This document shows positions 29,751 to 39,201 of a stretch of 64,000 bases of DNA, piece after piece. Both the position numbers and the translations under genes were made by a program. Location: contig DATJVY010000058.1 in assembly GCA_035501615.1 (NCBI GenBank), positions 1-64,000 of the forward strand. Reading direction: 5' to 3'. The DNA comes from Myxococcaceae bacterium (GTDB lineage Bacteria; Myxococcota; Myxococcia; Myxococcales; Myxococcaceae). Numbering within the stretch: position 1 is the first letter of the stretch; each line of letters opens with the position of its first letter. The notes beneath the pieces are model-generated. The model saw only the letters and a list, made by a program, of their open reading frames with translations. It made no database searches and had not been told where the DNA came from.

Positions 29751-29868
29751 CAAACTCCTCCCACCGTGGCGCTCGAACCCGTGCAACGGGGACAAGTCTC
29801 GCTCCGATTGCCGACGCACCACGACCCGCCTGCCCAGTTGCAGCTGCAAGCGCTGGGCGTGATCCGCG

Positions 29869-30453
29869 CTACGTCGAAAGCGACGGTGTGCTCGGGATCT
29901 CCGCTGTCGTCTGCTGTGGGCGCGCCGCCTCCGGAGCCGCGGGAGCCGGGCGTGGACTCTCCGGCGCGTGCGTGCTCCTCCACCGGGGAGAATCCAGGGC
30001 CAGCCTTGCCCGGAGCTGCGACAGCACGAAGTCGCTCAGCCCGAGGCTCCGGGCCACCTTGAGGAACAGCCCGAGCGAGGCGCTCCGGTACCTGACCGGT
30101 CGGCCCAGGACCCTGGCGAAGGCCCCGGCGATCTCGGAGGGCGAGAGCAGGCTCGGCCCGGTGGGCCGGTGCGTCCGTCCGAGGTGCCGGGCCGGATCGG
30201 CGAGGACGCCCGCGACGACCCGCCCGATGTCCTCGTTGGATGGCGGCGCGTTGAGGCCCTCCCCGAGCGGCATCGCGAACAGCCCGAGCTGGGCGATGGG
30301 CTCCAGGGCCGCAAGGTCGTTGTCGGCGAACCAGCCCGGCGCGACCGTCACGACATCGACCGGCGCCCGGTCGAACACGCGAGAAGAGAGCCACTTCTCG
30401 CGGGCGTGCAACGCCGGATGATCGACGTCGCTGAGCCACTGGCTCAGGACCAC
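29869..30453 (-). pseudogene. NmrA-like NAD(P)-binding family remnant (C-terminal half only)
   Basis: NmrA-type C-terminal region is present, but no GxxGxxG N-terminal Rossmann segment. The ORF overlaps the upstream sigma gene by about 150 nt in another frame. Confidence 0.3.
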
Positions 30454-31154
30454 GACCACCTCGAGCCTCGCGTCGGCGGCCTGGGGTGGCTCGCCAGGAG
30501 CAGCTCTCCGGGAACGAGCTGGCCGCGTCCAAGGGCGGGCCCCACCTGCTTCCCGCAGCGGCAGGGATTCTCGGGATCGAAGACCCCGCACCGGGCGCGG
30601 AGGAAGCCGAGCAGCCGTGTCCGCGCCCGGGACAGGCGCTTGCGATACGTCGCCGCATCGACCTCGAGGATCGCCGCGGCCTCGTCTCCGCTCAACGCGA
30701 AGATCTCACCGAGGACGAACGCGAGGCGGAGGTTCCGGTCGAGCGCGAGGAGCATCGCCTCCGTGCAGCGGAGCCGGACCTCAAGGGCGAGGAGCTGCAG
30801 CTCGGCCTCGGGTGGTGCGGGCGCGTCGGCCTCCGGCTCGCGTCCGAGCAGCTCGCTCAGCGACTCGAAGGTGACGCGCTCCAGCCGGCCGCGGCGTGCG
30901 CGCACGAGGTGGTTCGAGGCGATGCGCCAGGACCAGGTCCGGAAGCTGCTCTCGCCGCGGAAGGACCCGAGGTGGGTGAGGATGACCAGGAGAATCTCCT
31001 GCGCCGCGTCCTCCGCATCCTGGGGATGGCCGAGCATCCGGAGCGACAGACGGTAGACGTCGTCCTGGACCGCGCAGAGGAGCTCCTCGGCGGCGAACCG
31101 GTCACCGGCGACGGCGGCCTGGACCAGCGGTACGGGAACCGTGCTTTCCTTCAT
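30444..31154 (-). CDS. ECF sigma factor (sigma-70 regions 2 and 4) with a short C-terminal Cys-rich tail (CorE/ECF44-like)
   Basis: Region-2 and region-4 signatures, then 'ARCGVFDPENPCRCGK'. Confidence 0.65.
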   Translation of the reverse strand: MKESTVPVPLVQAAVAGDRFAAEELLCAVQDDVYRLSLRMLGHPQDAEDAAQEILLVILTHLGSFRGESSFRTWSWRIASNHLVRARRGRLERVTFESLSELLGREPEADAPAPPEAELQLLALEVRLRCTEAMLLALDRNLRLAFVLGEIFALSGDEAAAILEVDAATYRKRLSRARTRLLGFLRARCGVFDPENPCRCGKQVGPALGRGQLVPGELLLASHPRPPTRGSRWSWS

Positions 31155-31315
31155 GATGCCTCCGGAGTGCTTGGAGTCCCGGGGCCCCGGAAGTGTGACC
31201 GCGGGGCATCCGGCGATCCACGGGATCGCCGGGGGGTCCGCTGCGCCAGACCGGCGCTGCCAGGTTGCACGGAGAGCCCGCGCGAGGCATGGAGACGGCG
31301 GGAGGAGGTGTTCGG

Positions 31316-31615
31316 ATGAGAATCCGTGCGCTGTTCGGTGGCCCGCCAGCCAGCACTGCCATCGCCGCAGCCGCGATCGGGGCGACCGCGATCGGCGCCA
31401 TCGTCATCGGGGTGTTCGCGGTGCGGAGGATGGCCATTCGCGAGCTGTCGATCGACAGGGCGGCGTTCAAGGAGCTGGTGGTGCAGGACCTCACGGTGAG
31501 CCGGCTCCGGGTCGCCGAGCTCATCGTCGACTCGGCGCCCGGTCTTCCCCGGCCGGCCGAGGCTCGCGCCGAGCCCCGCGCCCCGAAGCCGCGTCCCGGA
31601 CGGAGCAAGGCATGA
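31316..31615 (+). CDS. Small membrane protein
   Basis: Hydrophobic helix 'AIAAAAIGATAIGAIVIGVFAV'. Its stop overlaps the rpiA start (ATGA). Confidence 0.4.
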   Translation: MRIRALFGGPPASTAIAAAAIGATAIGAIVIGVFAVRRMAIRELSIDRAAFKELVVQDLTVSRLRVAELIVDSAPGLPRPAEARAEPRAPKPRPGRSKA

Positions 31616-32310
31616 GCGCACCAGCGGATCCCCTCGCCGAGGCGGGTGTCTCGGACATCCGGAGCGGGATGACGGTGGGCCTCGGAACGGGGCGGGCAGC
31701 GGTCCGCGCCATCAAGGCGCTCGCCCAGCGGGTCGTGGTCGAACGCCTGGAGCTTCGCTGCGTCGCGACGAGCGCGGCCTCGACCGAGCTCGGGGGACGG
31801 CTCGGGCTCCGGGTGGAACCGATGGAGGGCGTGGAGAGGGTCGACTACCTCTTCGACGGCGCGGACGAGGTCGACCCGCGGCTCCGGATGATCAAGGGAC
31901 GGGGCGGCGCGATGACCCGGGAGAAGATCGTGGCGCAGGCCTCGGCGCGGCGCGTGTACCTGGTGCAGGACGACAAGCTGGTCCAGCGCCTGGGAACGAA
32001 CGTTCCGCTCCCGATCGAGGTGATGCGGTTCGGCCTGGCCCACATCCGCCGGGCGCTCCGGGGCCTGGGCCTGGACGGTCCTCTCCGACTGACCGAGGGC
32101 GGCATCGTCTACGAGACCGACAACGGAAACCCCGTGATCGACGCCCGGGTGCCCCCCAACCTGGACATCGAGGAGCTCGCCTCGGCGCTCGACGCGCTCG
32201 GGGGTGTCGTCGGACACGGACTGTTCCTCGCCGAGGCCGATCTCGTGCTCAGCGAGTCCGGCACCGGGCAGGTCACGCGCCGGGAGCGAACGACCGCATC
32301 GAGCGGGTAG
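31612..32310 (+). CDS. rpiA: Ribose-5-phosphate isomerase A
   Basis: Motifs 'GLGTGRAA' and 'DGADEVD' are typical of RpiA. Confidence 0.7.
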   Translation: MSAPADPLAEAGVSDIRSGMTVGLGTGRAAVRAIKALAQRVVVERLELRCVATSAASTELGGRLGLRVEPMEGVERVDYLFDGADEVDPRLRMIKGRGGAMTREKIVAQASARRVYLVQDDKLVQRLGTNVPLPIEVMRFGLAHIRRALRGLGLDGPLRLTEGGIVYETDNGNPVIDARVPPNLDIEELASALDALGGVVGHGLFLAEADLVLSESGTGQVTRRERTTASSG

Positions 32311-32367
32311 CGGACAGCTTCCGCCACCGCCCCCGGCGTCGCGGACGAGGCCCGCAGGTCATCCTGT

Positions 32368-32577
32368 TCAGGGACGGACGACGACGACCTCTTCCTCGGT
32401 CACGCCCGGGCAGCGCCAGTGTCCGGGATGCCAGTACCCGTGCGGGCCGTAGTGGCCCTCGATCCAGACACCACCGGGACAGCGAGGCGGAGCGCGGACG
32501 ACCTCCCGCTCGTGCACGACACATCCCGAGAACCCGATCGCGGCCAGCGCAGCGAGGGCAATGATCGAACGCTTCAT
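32368..32577 (-). CDS. Small lipoprotein with a His/Gly/aromatic motif (GHYGPHGYWHPGHW)
   Basis: Signal peptide plus lipobox FSGC. 69 aa. Confidence 0.4.
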   Translation of the reverse strand: MKRSIIALAALAAIGFSGCVVHEREVVRAPPRCPGGVWIEGHYGPHGYWHPGHWRCPGVTEEEVVVVRP

Positions 32578-32802
32578 GATGCGATCCGACGCCAGCGGGC
32601 CGGGTCGCATTCAAGGGAGGGCGCATCCGCTCAACGCCTCGACGCGCGCACACTGTGGGCCTGGGGCTGCGCCGACCTCGACTCCTCTAGATGTTCGGGT
32701 GGTCGGGCATGCCGACACGATCCGGCGACATGCGGCGCAGGATCGTCGGTCGCCGCGAGGGTCTGCGGCCATCGAGTTGGACGCTCGGGAGTGAGCGAGG
32801 GC

Positions 32803-35595
32803 TCAGGGTTCGGCGGCGCACGCGGTGTCCGCCACCGTCTCGATCGCGATGGCGGTGAGCGCCGCGCAGTAGTCGAGGTCGATGTTCTCCAGGGTGTCGT
32901 GGGTATCGTGGTAGCCCTTGCGGCTGATGTCGTAGTTCTCCATGAAGAGGACCACCGGGATCCCCAGGTCGGAGAAGATCTGACCGTCGGTGTTGAACAG
33001 CGCCGAGCGAGGCTCCCACTCGACGCGCACCTCTCCGTGCGGCGCCAGGTGCGAGAAGAGCGGAGGGGCCTCGTGCGGAGGCAGTCCCTTCATCCTCCGC
33101 GCCCGGCCGGCGTGCTTTCGCTCCGGTGCCTGGTTCAGCCTCCCCGCCAGGCGGTTCCAGCGGAGGTTCGCGAGGTGTGCCCTCCGGGCGAGCCTCGCCG
33201 AGCCAGCGCCCTCCCCCGGCGCGATCTGGAAGACGTCCCGATCGCGATCGGCGTTGTGCCCGATCATGTCGAGGACGAAGGCTCCCGCGATGCGGACCCC
33301 GGAGACGTCCACTGGCCGTCCGTCCTCGGCCTGGAAGCCGAGCTGCCCTTCCACCAGCGCCTGGGCCAGCGCTCGGGCGCCGAGACAGTCGCCGGGGAAC
33401 TCCTCGCCGGTCAGGTGGATCAGCCACACGTCGCGGGCGAGCCTTCCCGCGCGTGAGAGCGGGAGCAGCTGCTCGGCGGCGAGGAGCAGCGCGCTGGTCG
33501 CCGAGTGGTTGTCGTCGGCGCCACAGGCGGGCGCCCGCAGCGCATCGCCGCCGCTCTCCGGATAGAAGACGTCCTCCATGTAAGCGGTGTCGTAGTGGTC
33601 GGCCATGACCACCGCCTGCCCACGGTCGCGGCCGGGAATCATGACGACGATGTTCCGCTCGGACGACGCGTGCTCGTTCCTCGCCCACCCCTCCATCCAG
33701 GGGAAGTCGAAGTCCGTCTCCCAGCGGAACACGTGGTCGACGACCTCGGCCCGGCCGACCATCCCGTGACGCTCGATCGCGGCGCGGTACCGAGCGTGCA
33801 GGTACTCGCCGAGCGCCTCGAGGTCCCGGCGCCGGTGGGCCTGCACCCCCGCCTGGCTCGCCGCCGGTCCGCCGGTGCATCCGGTGTTGGACCGGATCCC
33901 GTCGGCGCCGTTCTTCTGGCGGAACTCGCCGTGGGCCAGGAGGGAGATGTTGCTCCAGATCTCCTCCTCGAAGGCGCGGGTTCCGAACTGCTCGAGGACG
34001 ATCGAGGCTCCCGGTTCCTGCCCGGGGCCGATGCAGGCGCGCAGGTCCGCCGCCAGCGCAGTGGCGGGTGCCGGTTCCGAGGCGTGAGCGGAGAGGCCGG
34101 AGATCCACCCCTCGAGCGGGACCTCCCGCGCGACGTGCAGCAGCGCACGGGCCAGCGGTGCCGCGAGGGGCTCCCGGAGGAGCTCGCGCATCTCGAGCAC
34201 CTTGCGAACGTTGTGGCAGGTCGCCTGACGTCCGCCGAACGATCCGGCGGCCGTGCGATGCGGCGCGCGTGAGAGGAGGTTCGGCCGCAGGCGGAGGCTC
34301 TCGCGGCCCTCGGCCTCCGCCGTGACGTAGCCGTGGAGCTGCTCGCGCAAGCGTCCCTGGCCCGACCGGGCGACGAGGGGGAGGTTCCAGAACAGCTCAC
34401 GGACTCCGGCGCGCATCGGCGGGTAGTACATGCGGTAGCCGAACCTGCCGCCCGCGTCGACCGCTGCGGCAGCGCGTGCGATGGCCGCGCGGTCCGCCCT
34501 CGGTCCATCGAGGAGGAGCCGGAAGTCGTCGGTCCAGATCTGGGAGTTCCGGGCCATCGGCTTCCCGTAGAGGCCGATCGTCTCCGGGTCGGTGGAGAAG
34601 AGCGCCACGGAGAGCGGGTCGGTGAACGAGCCGTCCCCGTGGATCCCCGAGTCCCGGTCGGTGCGCTGCCACCGGTGGGTGCGCGTGAGGTGAACGCGCT
34701 GGGCATGGGGGCCCCGGCCGGTGCGGGGGTCGTACTCGTCGAGCCAGCCCGACTGCGGGATCCGGATCGTGCAGCTCCCCTCGATGCGCGGGAAGAGGTG
34801 GAGGAGCGGAATCTGCACCGCGCGGGGAAGCTCGCGCTGGAGTGCCCGGTAGCGTGGGTTCTCGTGGAAGATGAGGCTGACCGGCGTCGGCACGAGGACC
34901 AGCTGGCCAGCGAGGTACGCCGCGCGGACCGGGCCGGGAAGGTTCGCGAAGGGCTCGAAGGTCACCAGCGTCCGCGTGGTCCCGGGGGAGCTCCCTCGCA
35001 GCTGGCGAGCACGCAGCGCCGGGGGCAGCTCCGCCTCGGGGGCGAGCACGCGCCAGTCTCCGGGGAGGCCAGCCCAGGCCAGCAGCCGTTCGAGGCGCGT
35101 CTCGTCCAGGCCCTCCCAGAACGGGAGACCCGGTCGCTCGTGGCTGGCTCCGAACAGCGTCCAGCGGTCGTTGCCCTTGTCGTCCTGGGTGCGGGAGAGC
35201 GCGAGCGAACAGATCACCAGGCCGGAGTCGTGCGCGAGCCGACCTCCTGCGGCGGCCGCGGCGAGCTCCTCCGGCCACGCCGGATTCTCGTCGAGCAGCG
35301 CGTGGGGCAGGCCGCGGGGCTCGCCCCGGAGGACCTTCCCCACCTCGCGGAGGAGGTGATCGGCGATCCGGTCCAGGCCTGGCTCCAGGTCGTGCGACTG
35401 CTCGTACTCGTCGATGTCCAGCGCGTCGGAGCGGCTCACGCCGAAGGTCGCCGAGGCCTCGGAGCGGGTGGGCGCGTACGGCTTGAGGCCCACGTAGGGA
35501 GGCGGCATGAGCTCCGAGTACGCCCGGAGCTCGAAGGACCTTCCCCGGAAGGCGTCGCGTGCCTCTGCCTCGATCTGCTCCCAGGCATCCCGCAT
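32803..35595 (-). CDS. 930-aa protein: a large N-terminal domain of unknown function fused to a C-terminal M28-family metallopeptidase-like domain
   Basis: The C-terminal region 'HYDTAYMEDVFYPESGGDALRAPACGADDNHSATSALL...GEEFPGDCLGAR' is zinc-aminopeptidase-like. The N-terminal ~600 aa has no recognisable family. Confidence 0.55.
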   Translation of the reverse strand: MRDAWEQIEAEARDAFRGRSFELRAYSELMPPPYVGLKPYAPTRSEASATFGVSRSDALDIDEYEQSHDLEPGLDRIADHLLREVGKVLRGEPRGLPHALLDENPAWPEELAAAAAGGRLAHDSGLVICSLALSRTQDDKGNDRWTLFGASHERPGLPFWEGLDETRLERLLAWAGLPGDWRVLAPEAELPPALRARQLRGSSPGTTRTLVTFEPFANLPGPVRAAYLAGQLVLVPTPVSLIFHENPRYRALQRELPRAVQIPLLHLFPRIEGSCTIRIPQSGWLDEYDPRTGRGPHAQRVHLTRTHRWQRTDRDSGIHGDGSFTDPLSVALFSTDPETIGLYGKPMARNSQIWTDDFRLLLDGPRADRAAIARAAAAVDAGGRFGYRMYYPPMRAGVRELFWNLPLVARSGQGRLREQLHGYVTAEAEGRESLRLRPNLLSRAPHRTAAGSFGGRQATCHNVRKVLEMRELLREPLAAPLARALLHVAREVPLEGWISGLSAHASEPAPATALAADLRACIGPGQEPGASIVLEQFGTRAFEEEIWSNISLLAHGEFRQKNGADGIRSNTGCTGGPAASQAGVQAHRRRDLEALGEYLHARYRAAIERHGMVGRAEVVDHVFRWETDFDFPWMEGWARNEHASSERNIVVMIPGRDRGQAVVMADHYDTAYMEDVFYPESGGDALRAPACGADDNHSATSALLLAAEQLLPLSRAGRLARDVWLIHLTGEEFPGDCLGARALAQALVEGQLGFQAEDGRPVDVSGVRIAGAFVLDMIGHNADRDRDVFQIAPGEGAGSARLARRAHLANLRWNRLAGRLNQAPERKHAGRARRMKGLPPHEAPPLFSHLAPHGEVRVEWEPRSALFNTDGQIFSDLGIPVVLFMENYDISRKGYHDTHDTLENIDLDYCAALTAIAIETVADTACAAEP

Positions 35596-36211
35596 GGCCT
35601 CGACTCTAGACTACGGTCGCGACGTGACGGTCCGACCCGGACTTCGCATCACCTGGACGACGGAGGCAGGGGAGCTGGTCCTCGTGGAGCCGACGTCCGC
35701 GGAGGTGGCGGCGCACGCCGTCGAGCTCGCGGCGGCGTACAACGATCCGGCGAACGCCCGTCTGATGGGCCACGACGAGCTCCTCGACGCCGGCGACGTC
35801 GTCGAGCACTACCGCGGGATCCACGAGTCGGGGGGGACACCCTTCCTGCTGTATCTGGATGGCATCCTGGTCGGGGACGCGGACCTGCGCGGGTTTCGCG
35901 ACGGAGCGGCCGAGTTCGCGTTTCTCATCGCCGCGCGCGACCGGCAGGGACGCGGACTGGGGACAAGGCTCGCGCTGATGGTGCACGCCGGCGCCTTCAC
36001 CGCGATCGGCCTGGAGAGGGTCTACGCGTCCCTCGACCCGGCGAACCCCGCATCGCGGAGGGCGCTGGAGAAGATCGGCTACCAGCCCAGCGACTCGGAA
36101 GAGGCGCGCTCGTTCGCGGACGCGCCGGGCGACCTGGTCCTGCTGCTCGGCCGCGAGGAGTTCCTGCGACTGCACGCCGAGGTCCTCCCCCGGCTGCGGT
36201 TCGGCGGCTGA
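35594..36211 (+). CDS. GNAT-family N-acetyltransferase
   Basis: Acetyl-CoA motif 'ARDRQGRGLGTRL'. Its start codon overlaps the divergent start of the 930-aa gene (cgCATGgcc). Confidence 0.55.
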   Translation: MASTLDYGRDVTVRPGLRITWTTEAGELVLVEPTSAEVAAHAVELAAAYNDPANARLMGHDELLDAGDVVEHYRGIHESGGTPFLLYLDGILVGDADLRGFRDGAAEFAFLIAARDRQGRGLGTRLALMVHAGAFTAIGLERVYASLDPANPASRRALEKIGYQPSDSEEARSFADAPGDLVLLLGREEFLRLHAEVLPRLRFGG

Positions 36212-36224
36212 GCACCTCTGGCGC

Positions 36225-36410
36225 TCAGCGCACCGTGAGCTGCCAGGACAGGTAGCTGGCGAGGATGAGCGCGGCGACGCCAACCGCGGCGCCGATGTAC
36301 GGGGCCGCTCTCCGTCCAGGGAATAGGCGCCCCGACGCCCAGATCACGAGGCTCAGGACGAGGCCTGCTCCAATCGCCTTCCACCAGTCGATCTGGTACC
36401 CGTTCGACAC
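36225..36410 (-). CDS. Small membrane protein, 61 aa
   Basis: Two hydrophobic helices. Weak support. Confidence 0.25.
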   Translation of the reverse strand: MSNGYQIDWWKAIGAGLVLSLVIWASGRLFPGRRAAPYIGAAVGVAALILASYLSWQLTVR

Positions 36411-36565
36411 GATCGCCTCGCAGCTTGTGCCACTGGAGCGGCTAGCTCAAGGCGCGACCGCGGACCCAGATGCCCCTCGCCGATGACCCTCGATCGCCTG
36501 AGGCCCCGGTTCACCGATGCGGCCGGACCAGATCCACCAGCGAGGAGGATAGGAAGGCGGAACCG

Positions 36566-36637
36566 CGTGAATCCTTGGGCGCAGCAGGGTTTGAACCTGC
36601 GACCCCTGCCGTGTGAAGGCAGTGCTCTACCGCTGAG
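36566..36637 (-). tRNA. tRNA-Val (anticodon CAC)
   Basis: Folds into a cloverleaf by hand: acceptor GGGCGTA/TGCGCCC, D-stem GCTC/GAGC, anticodon loop TTCACAC, T-loop GTTCAAA. No CCA is encoded. Confidence 0.8.
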
Positions 36638-36690
36638 CTATACGCCCCGACTGCAAGGGCGGCATACGTGCCAGACCCCGGCCGTGCCTG

Positions 36691-36981
36691 TCAATCGCTG
36701 CGGGACTGCCCGATGAGCCGGTCCAGCCGCTCCTCCAGCTCGCGGGTCCGCCGCTTCAGGCTCGACAGCTGCTTGCTCATCTTCCCGAAGTCGCTTCGCG
36801 CCGCCAGCTGGAGCGCGTGCATCAGCTCTTCCTGGCCGCGGTCCAGCGCCTTCTTCCCCCGCTGCACCCGTCCCAGCGCCTGCGCCACCCACTGGGCCCG
36901 CTGCTCGTCCGCCATCAGCCGCTCGAAGGCCTTCTGGGACATCCCCAGCGCCTGCGCCCGCAAGCTCGTCCGTTCCGCCAT
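36691..36981 (-). CDS. Phasin-like / PHA-granule-associated-protein-like small coiled-coil protein
   Basis: 96 aa. The C-terminal 'SDFGKMSKQLSSLKRRTRELEERLDRL' pattern resembles the phasin family. Confidence 0.35.
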   Translation of the reverse strand: MAERTSLRAQALGMSQKAFERLMADEQRAQWVAQALGRVQRGKKALDRGQEELMHALQLAARSDFGKMSKQLSSLKRRTRELEERLDRLIGQSRSD

Positions 36982-37068
36982 GGAGGCTCCTTGTACCCCG
37001 CCGGCCGCGACCCGGGAAGATCGGGGTCGGAGCCCTCGAGGCCTGCGGCGCGCGTTCGAGCGGCACCT

Positions 37069-37452
37069 TCACTCGTCGGCGAACCGGGTCTCGAGCCTCG
37101 AGAGCACGCGGGTCGCGATGTCCTTGTAGCGCAGCCGCTCGAGGATGGGCTGCACGTCTCCCTCAACCCTGAGCCGGCGCTTCAGGATCGCCTCCACCGG
37201 ATCCACCTGGCCGAGGAGGAGCCCCTTCCACAGCGAGTACGGTGCGCGGATCCGGTACGCCGGCTCGATCTCGTCCAGGTCGTCGGGGTCCGCGAGCACG
37301 CGCAGCTCGGCGACGCGGCCACTCTCGGGGCGGACCCAGGCCACGAAGTGCTCGTCCAGCTTCCCGGGCTCGGCCTCGATCACCACCCCGAAGTCGCCGG
37401 TCCATCCGCGGCCCGCGGCGAGGACATCGGGGTCGGCGTTGACCAGCGCCAT
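37069..37452 (-). CDS. SCP2 sterol/lipid-binding domain protein
   Basis: Internal ATG at 37452. SCP2-like fold pattern '...AILKRRLRVEGDVQPILERL'. Confidence 0.5.
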   Translation of the reverse strand: MALVNADPDVLAAGRGWTGDFGVVIEAEPGKLDEHFVAWVRPESGRVAELRVLADPDDLDEIEPAYRIRAPYSLWKGLLLGQVDPVEAILKRRLRVEGDVQPILERLRYKDIATRVLSRLETRFADE

Positions 37453-37499
37453 CGCCGCCTCGGCCCAGCCGCGCGAGGGGAAGACGGGCAACGACCCCT

Positions 37500-39107
37500 T
37501 CAGTCCCGGCCGAGGATGCGGCGGATGCTGCGGAACAGGCCGCTGTCCGTCTGTGCAGTCGCACCCACCGGCCGCGCCCGGGCAGCCTTCTCCTCGGCCA
37601 GGAGCCGCTTGAGCGTGTCCGGCGTGTCCCGCGTGGCGAGCGCCACGTGCCTCGGGCCGGTGCTGAGCTCGACCACGACCTCCAGCAGACACTCCTCGTT
37701 CAGCCGGAAGTCGATGCGCCGCCCCGCGGCGGAGGCCGGCACCTTCACCGTCCCCAGGTACTCGTTGTCGACGATGAACTCCGAGTCGCCTTGGAAGATG
37801 TCCAGCTCGATGACCGGGCTGTCCTCCTTGGGACCGGGCAGCCGGAAGCTGGTGGTGAGGGGAATCACCGAGTTCTTGTCGATGATCTTCCGGAACCGCC
37901 CGTTGGCCATCGCGAAGCCAATGGGCATCGACAGGGCGTCCAGGAGCGTCACCGCGTCGATGTTCCCGAGCGACTCCGCCAGCAGCGCGGCGCCCAGCGC
38001 CACCGACTCGTCCGGATGAACGCCCTTGCGCGGGGGCTTGCCGAAGTGACGGGCGATCTCCTGCTGGACCAGCGGCATGCGCGACTGCCCGCCGACCAGG
38101 ATGATCTCGTCGATGCTCGACTTGGAGATGCCCTTGTCGGCGAGCACCCGGTCACAGAGGTCGAACGTCCGGTCCACCAGGTCCCGGGTCAAGGTGTTCA
38201 GCTGCTCCCGCGCCAGCGGGACGCGGAGGTCCAGCGGCTTGCCCTTCCGCTCCTCGATGAAGGGGAGCTCGATCACCACGTTGGGAATGAGCGTGAGATC
38301 GATCTTCGCCGCCTCGGCAGCGTTCTTGATCCGCTGCATGGCGATCGGGCTCTGGCTCAGATCCACGCGAGTCTGCTGCTGGAAGGTCTCCAGCACGTAG
38401 TCGATGATCCGGTTGTCGAAGTCCACGCCGCCGAGGAACGTGTCGCCGCCCGTGGCCAGCACCTCGAACACGTTGCCGGTGATCTGCAGCACCGAGACGT
38501 CGAAGGTGCCACCGCCGAGGTCGTAGACCAGCACGTTCTGGTCCAGCCCGCGGTTGAAGCCGTAGGCCAGCGCCGCCGCCGTGGGCTCGTTGACGATCCG
38601 CTTCACCTCGAAGCCAGCCAGCCGCCCGGCTTCCTTCACCGCCGCGCGCTGCAGGTCGTTGTAGTAGGCGGGCACCGAGATCACCGCCTCCGGACACGGG
38701 CTCCCGAGGAACTGCTCGGAGATTCGCTTCGCGTGTCCCAGGACGAAGGCGCTGATCTGCTCCAGCGAGTAGGTGGTTCCGCCGAGGTTCACCGCCACGT
38801 CGCCCTTCGGCCCTTCGAGGATGTCGTAGGTGAAGTACTCCTTGAGCTCCTGCACGACCCGGCTGGCGTACTGCCGGCCGATCAGGCGCTTGGCGCCGTA
38901 GATGGTGTTCTTTGGATTCACCACCATCTGGTCCTTCGCCATCTTCCCGATCAGCAGATCGCCCTTGTCACTCAGCGCGACCACCGAGGGCAGGACGAGG
39001 TTGCCACGGTCGGTGGGGACCACCTTCGGAATGCGGTTGCGCACCGAGGCCACCAGGGTGTTGGTGGTCCCGAGGTCGATCCCGACGATGCGCGGCTTTT
39101 CGGGCAT
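37500..39107 (-). CDS. Hsp70-family (DnaK/HscC-like) ATPase, 535 aa, non-canonical C-terminus
   Basis: Phosphate-1 '[10 protein letters not shown]', connect-1 '[10 protein letters not shown]' and adenosine '[10 protein letters not shown]' motifs. Confidence 0.7.
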   Translation of the reverse strand: MPEKPRIVGIDLGTTNTLVASVRNRIPKVVPTDRGNLVLPSVVALSDKGDLLIGKMAKDQMVVNPKNTIYGAKRLIGRQYASRVVQELKEYFTYDILEGPKGDVAVNLGGTTYSLEQISAFVLGHAKRISEQFLGSPCPEAVISVPAYYNDLQRAAVKEAGRLAGFEVKRIVNEPTAAALAYGFNRGLDQNVLVYDLGGGTFDVSVLQITGNVFEVLATGGDTFLGGVDFDNRIIDYVLETFQQQTRVDLSQSPIAMQRIKNAAEAAKIDLTLIPNVVIELPFIEERKGKPLDLRVPLAREQLNTLTRDLVDRTFDLCDRVLADKGISKSSIDEIILVGGQSRMPLVQQEIARHFGKPPRKGVHPDESVALGAALLAESLGNIDAVTLLDALSMPIGFAMANGRFRKIIDKNSVIPLTTSFRLPGPKEDSPVIELDIFQGDSEFIVDNEYLGTVKVPASAAGRRIDFRLNEECLLEVVVELSTGPRHVALATRDTPDTLKRLLAEEKAARARPVGATAQTDSGLFRSIRRILGRD

Positions 39108-39201
39108 GGGGGGCTGAGCCCTCGACTTTACGCGGGGAGCCGTCACCCTCCAACACCGCGCCCCCGGGGGGATTCTTGACGCCCGTCCGGCGGAGGTCAC
39201 G

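Noticed and set aside
29869-30591. Full-length NmrA-like oxidoreductase starting at the listed ATG 30591.
   Set aside because: The first ~45 codons overlap the sigma gene in another frame and look like junk. There is no Rossmann GxxGxxG motif. Better treated as a truncated remnant.
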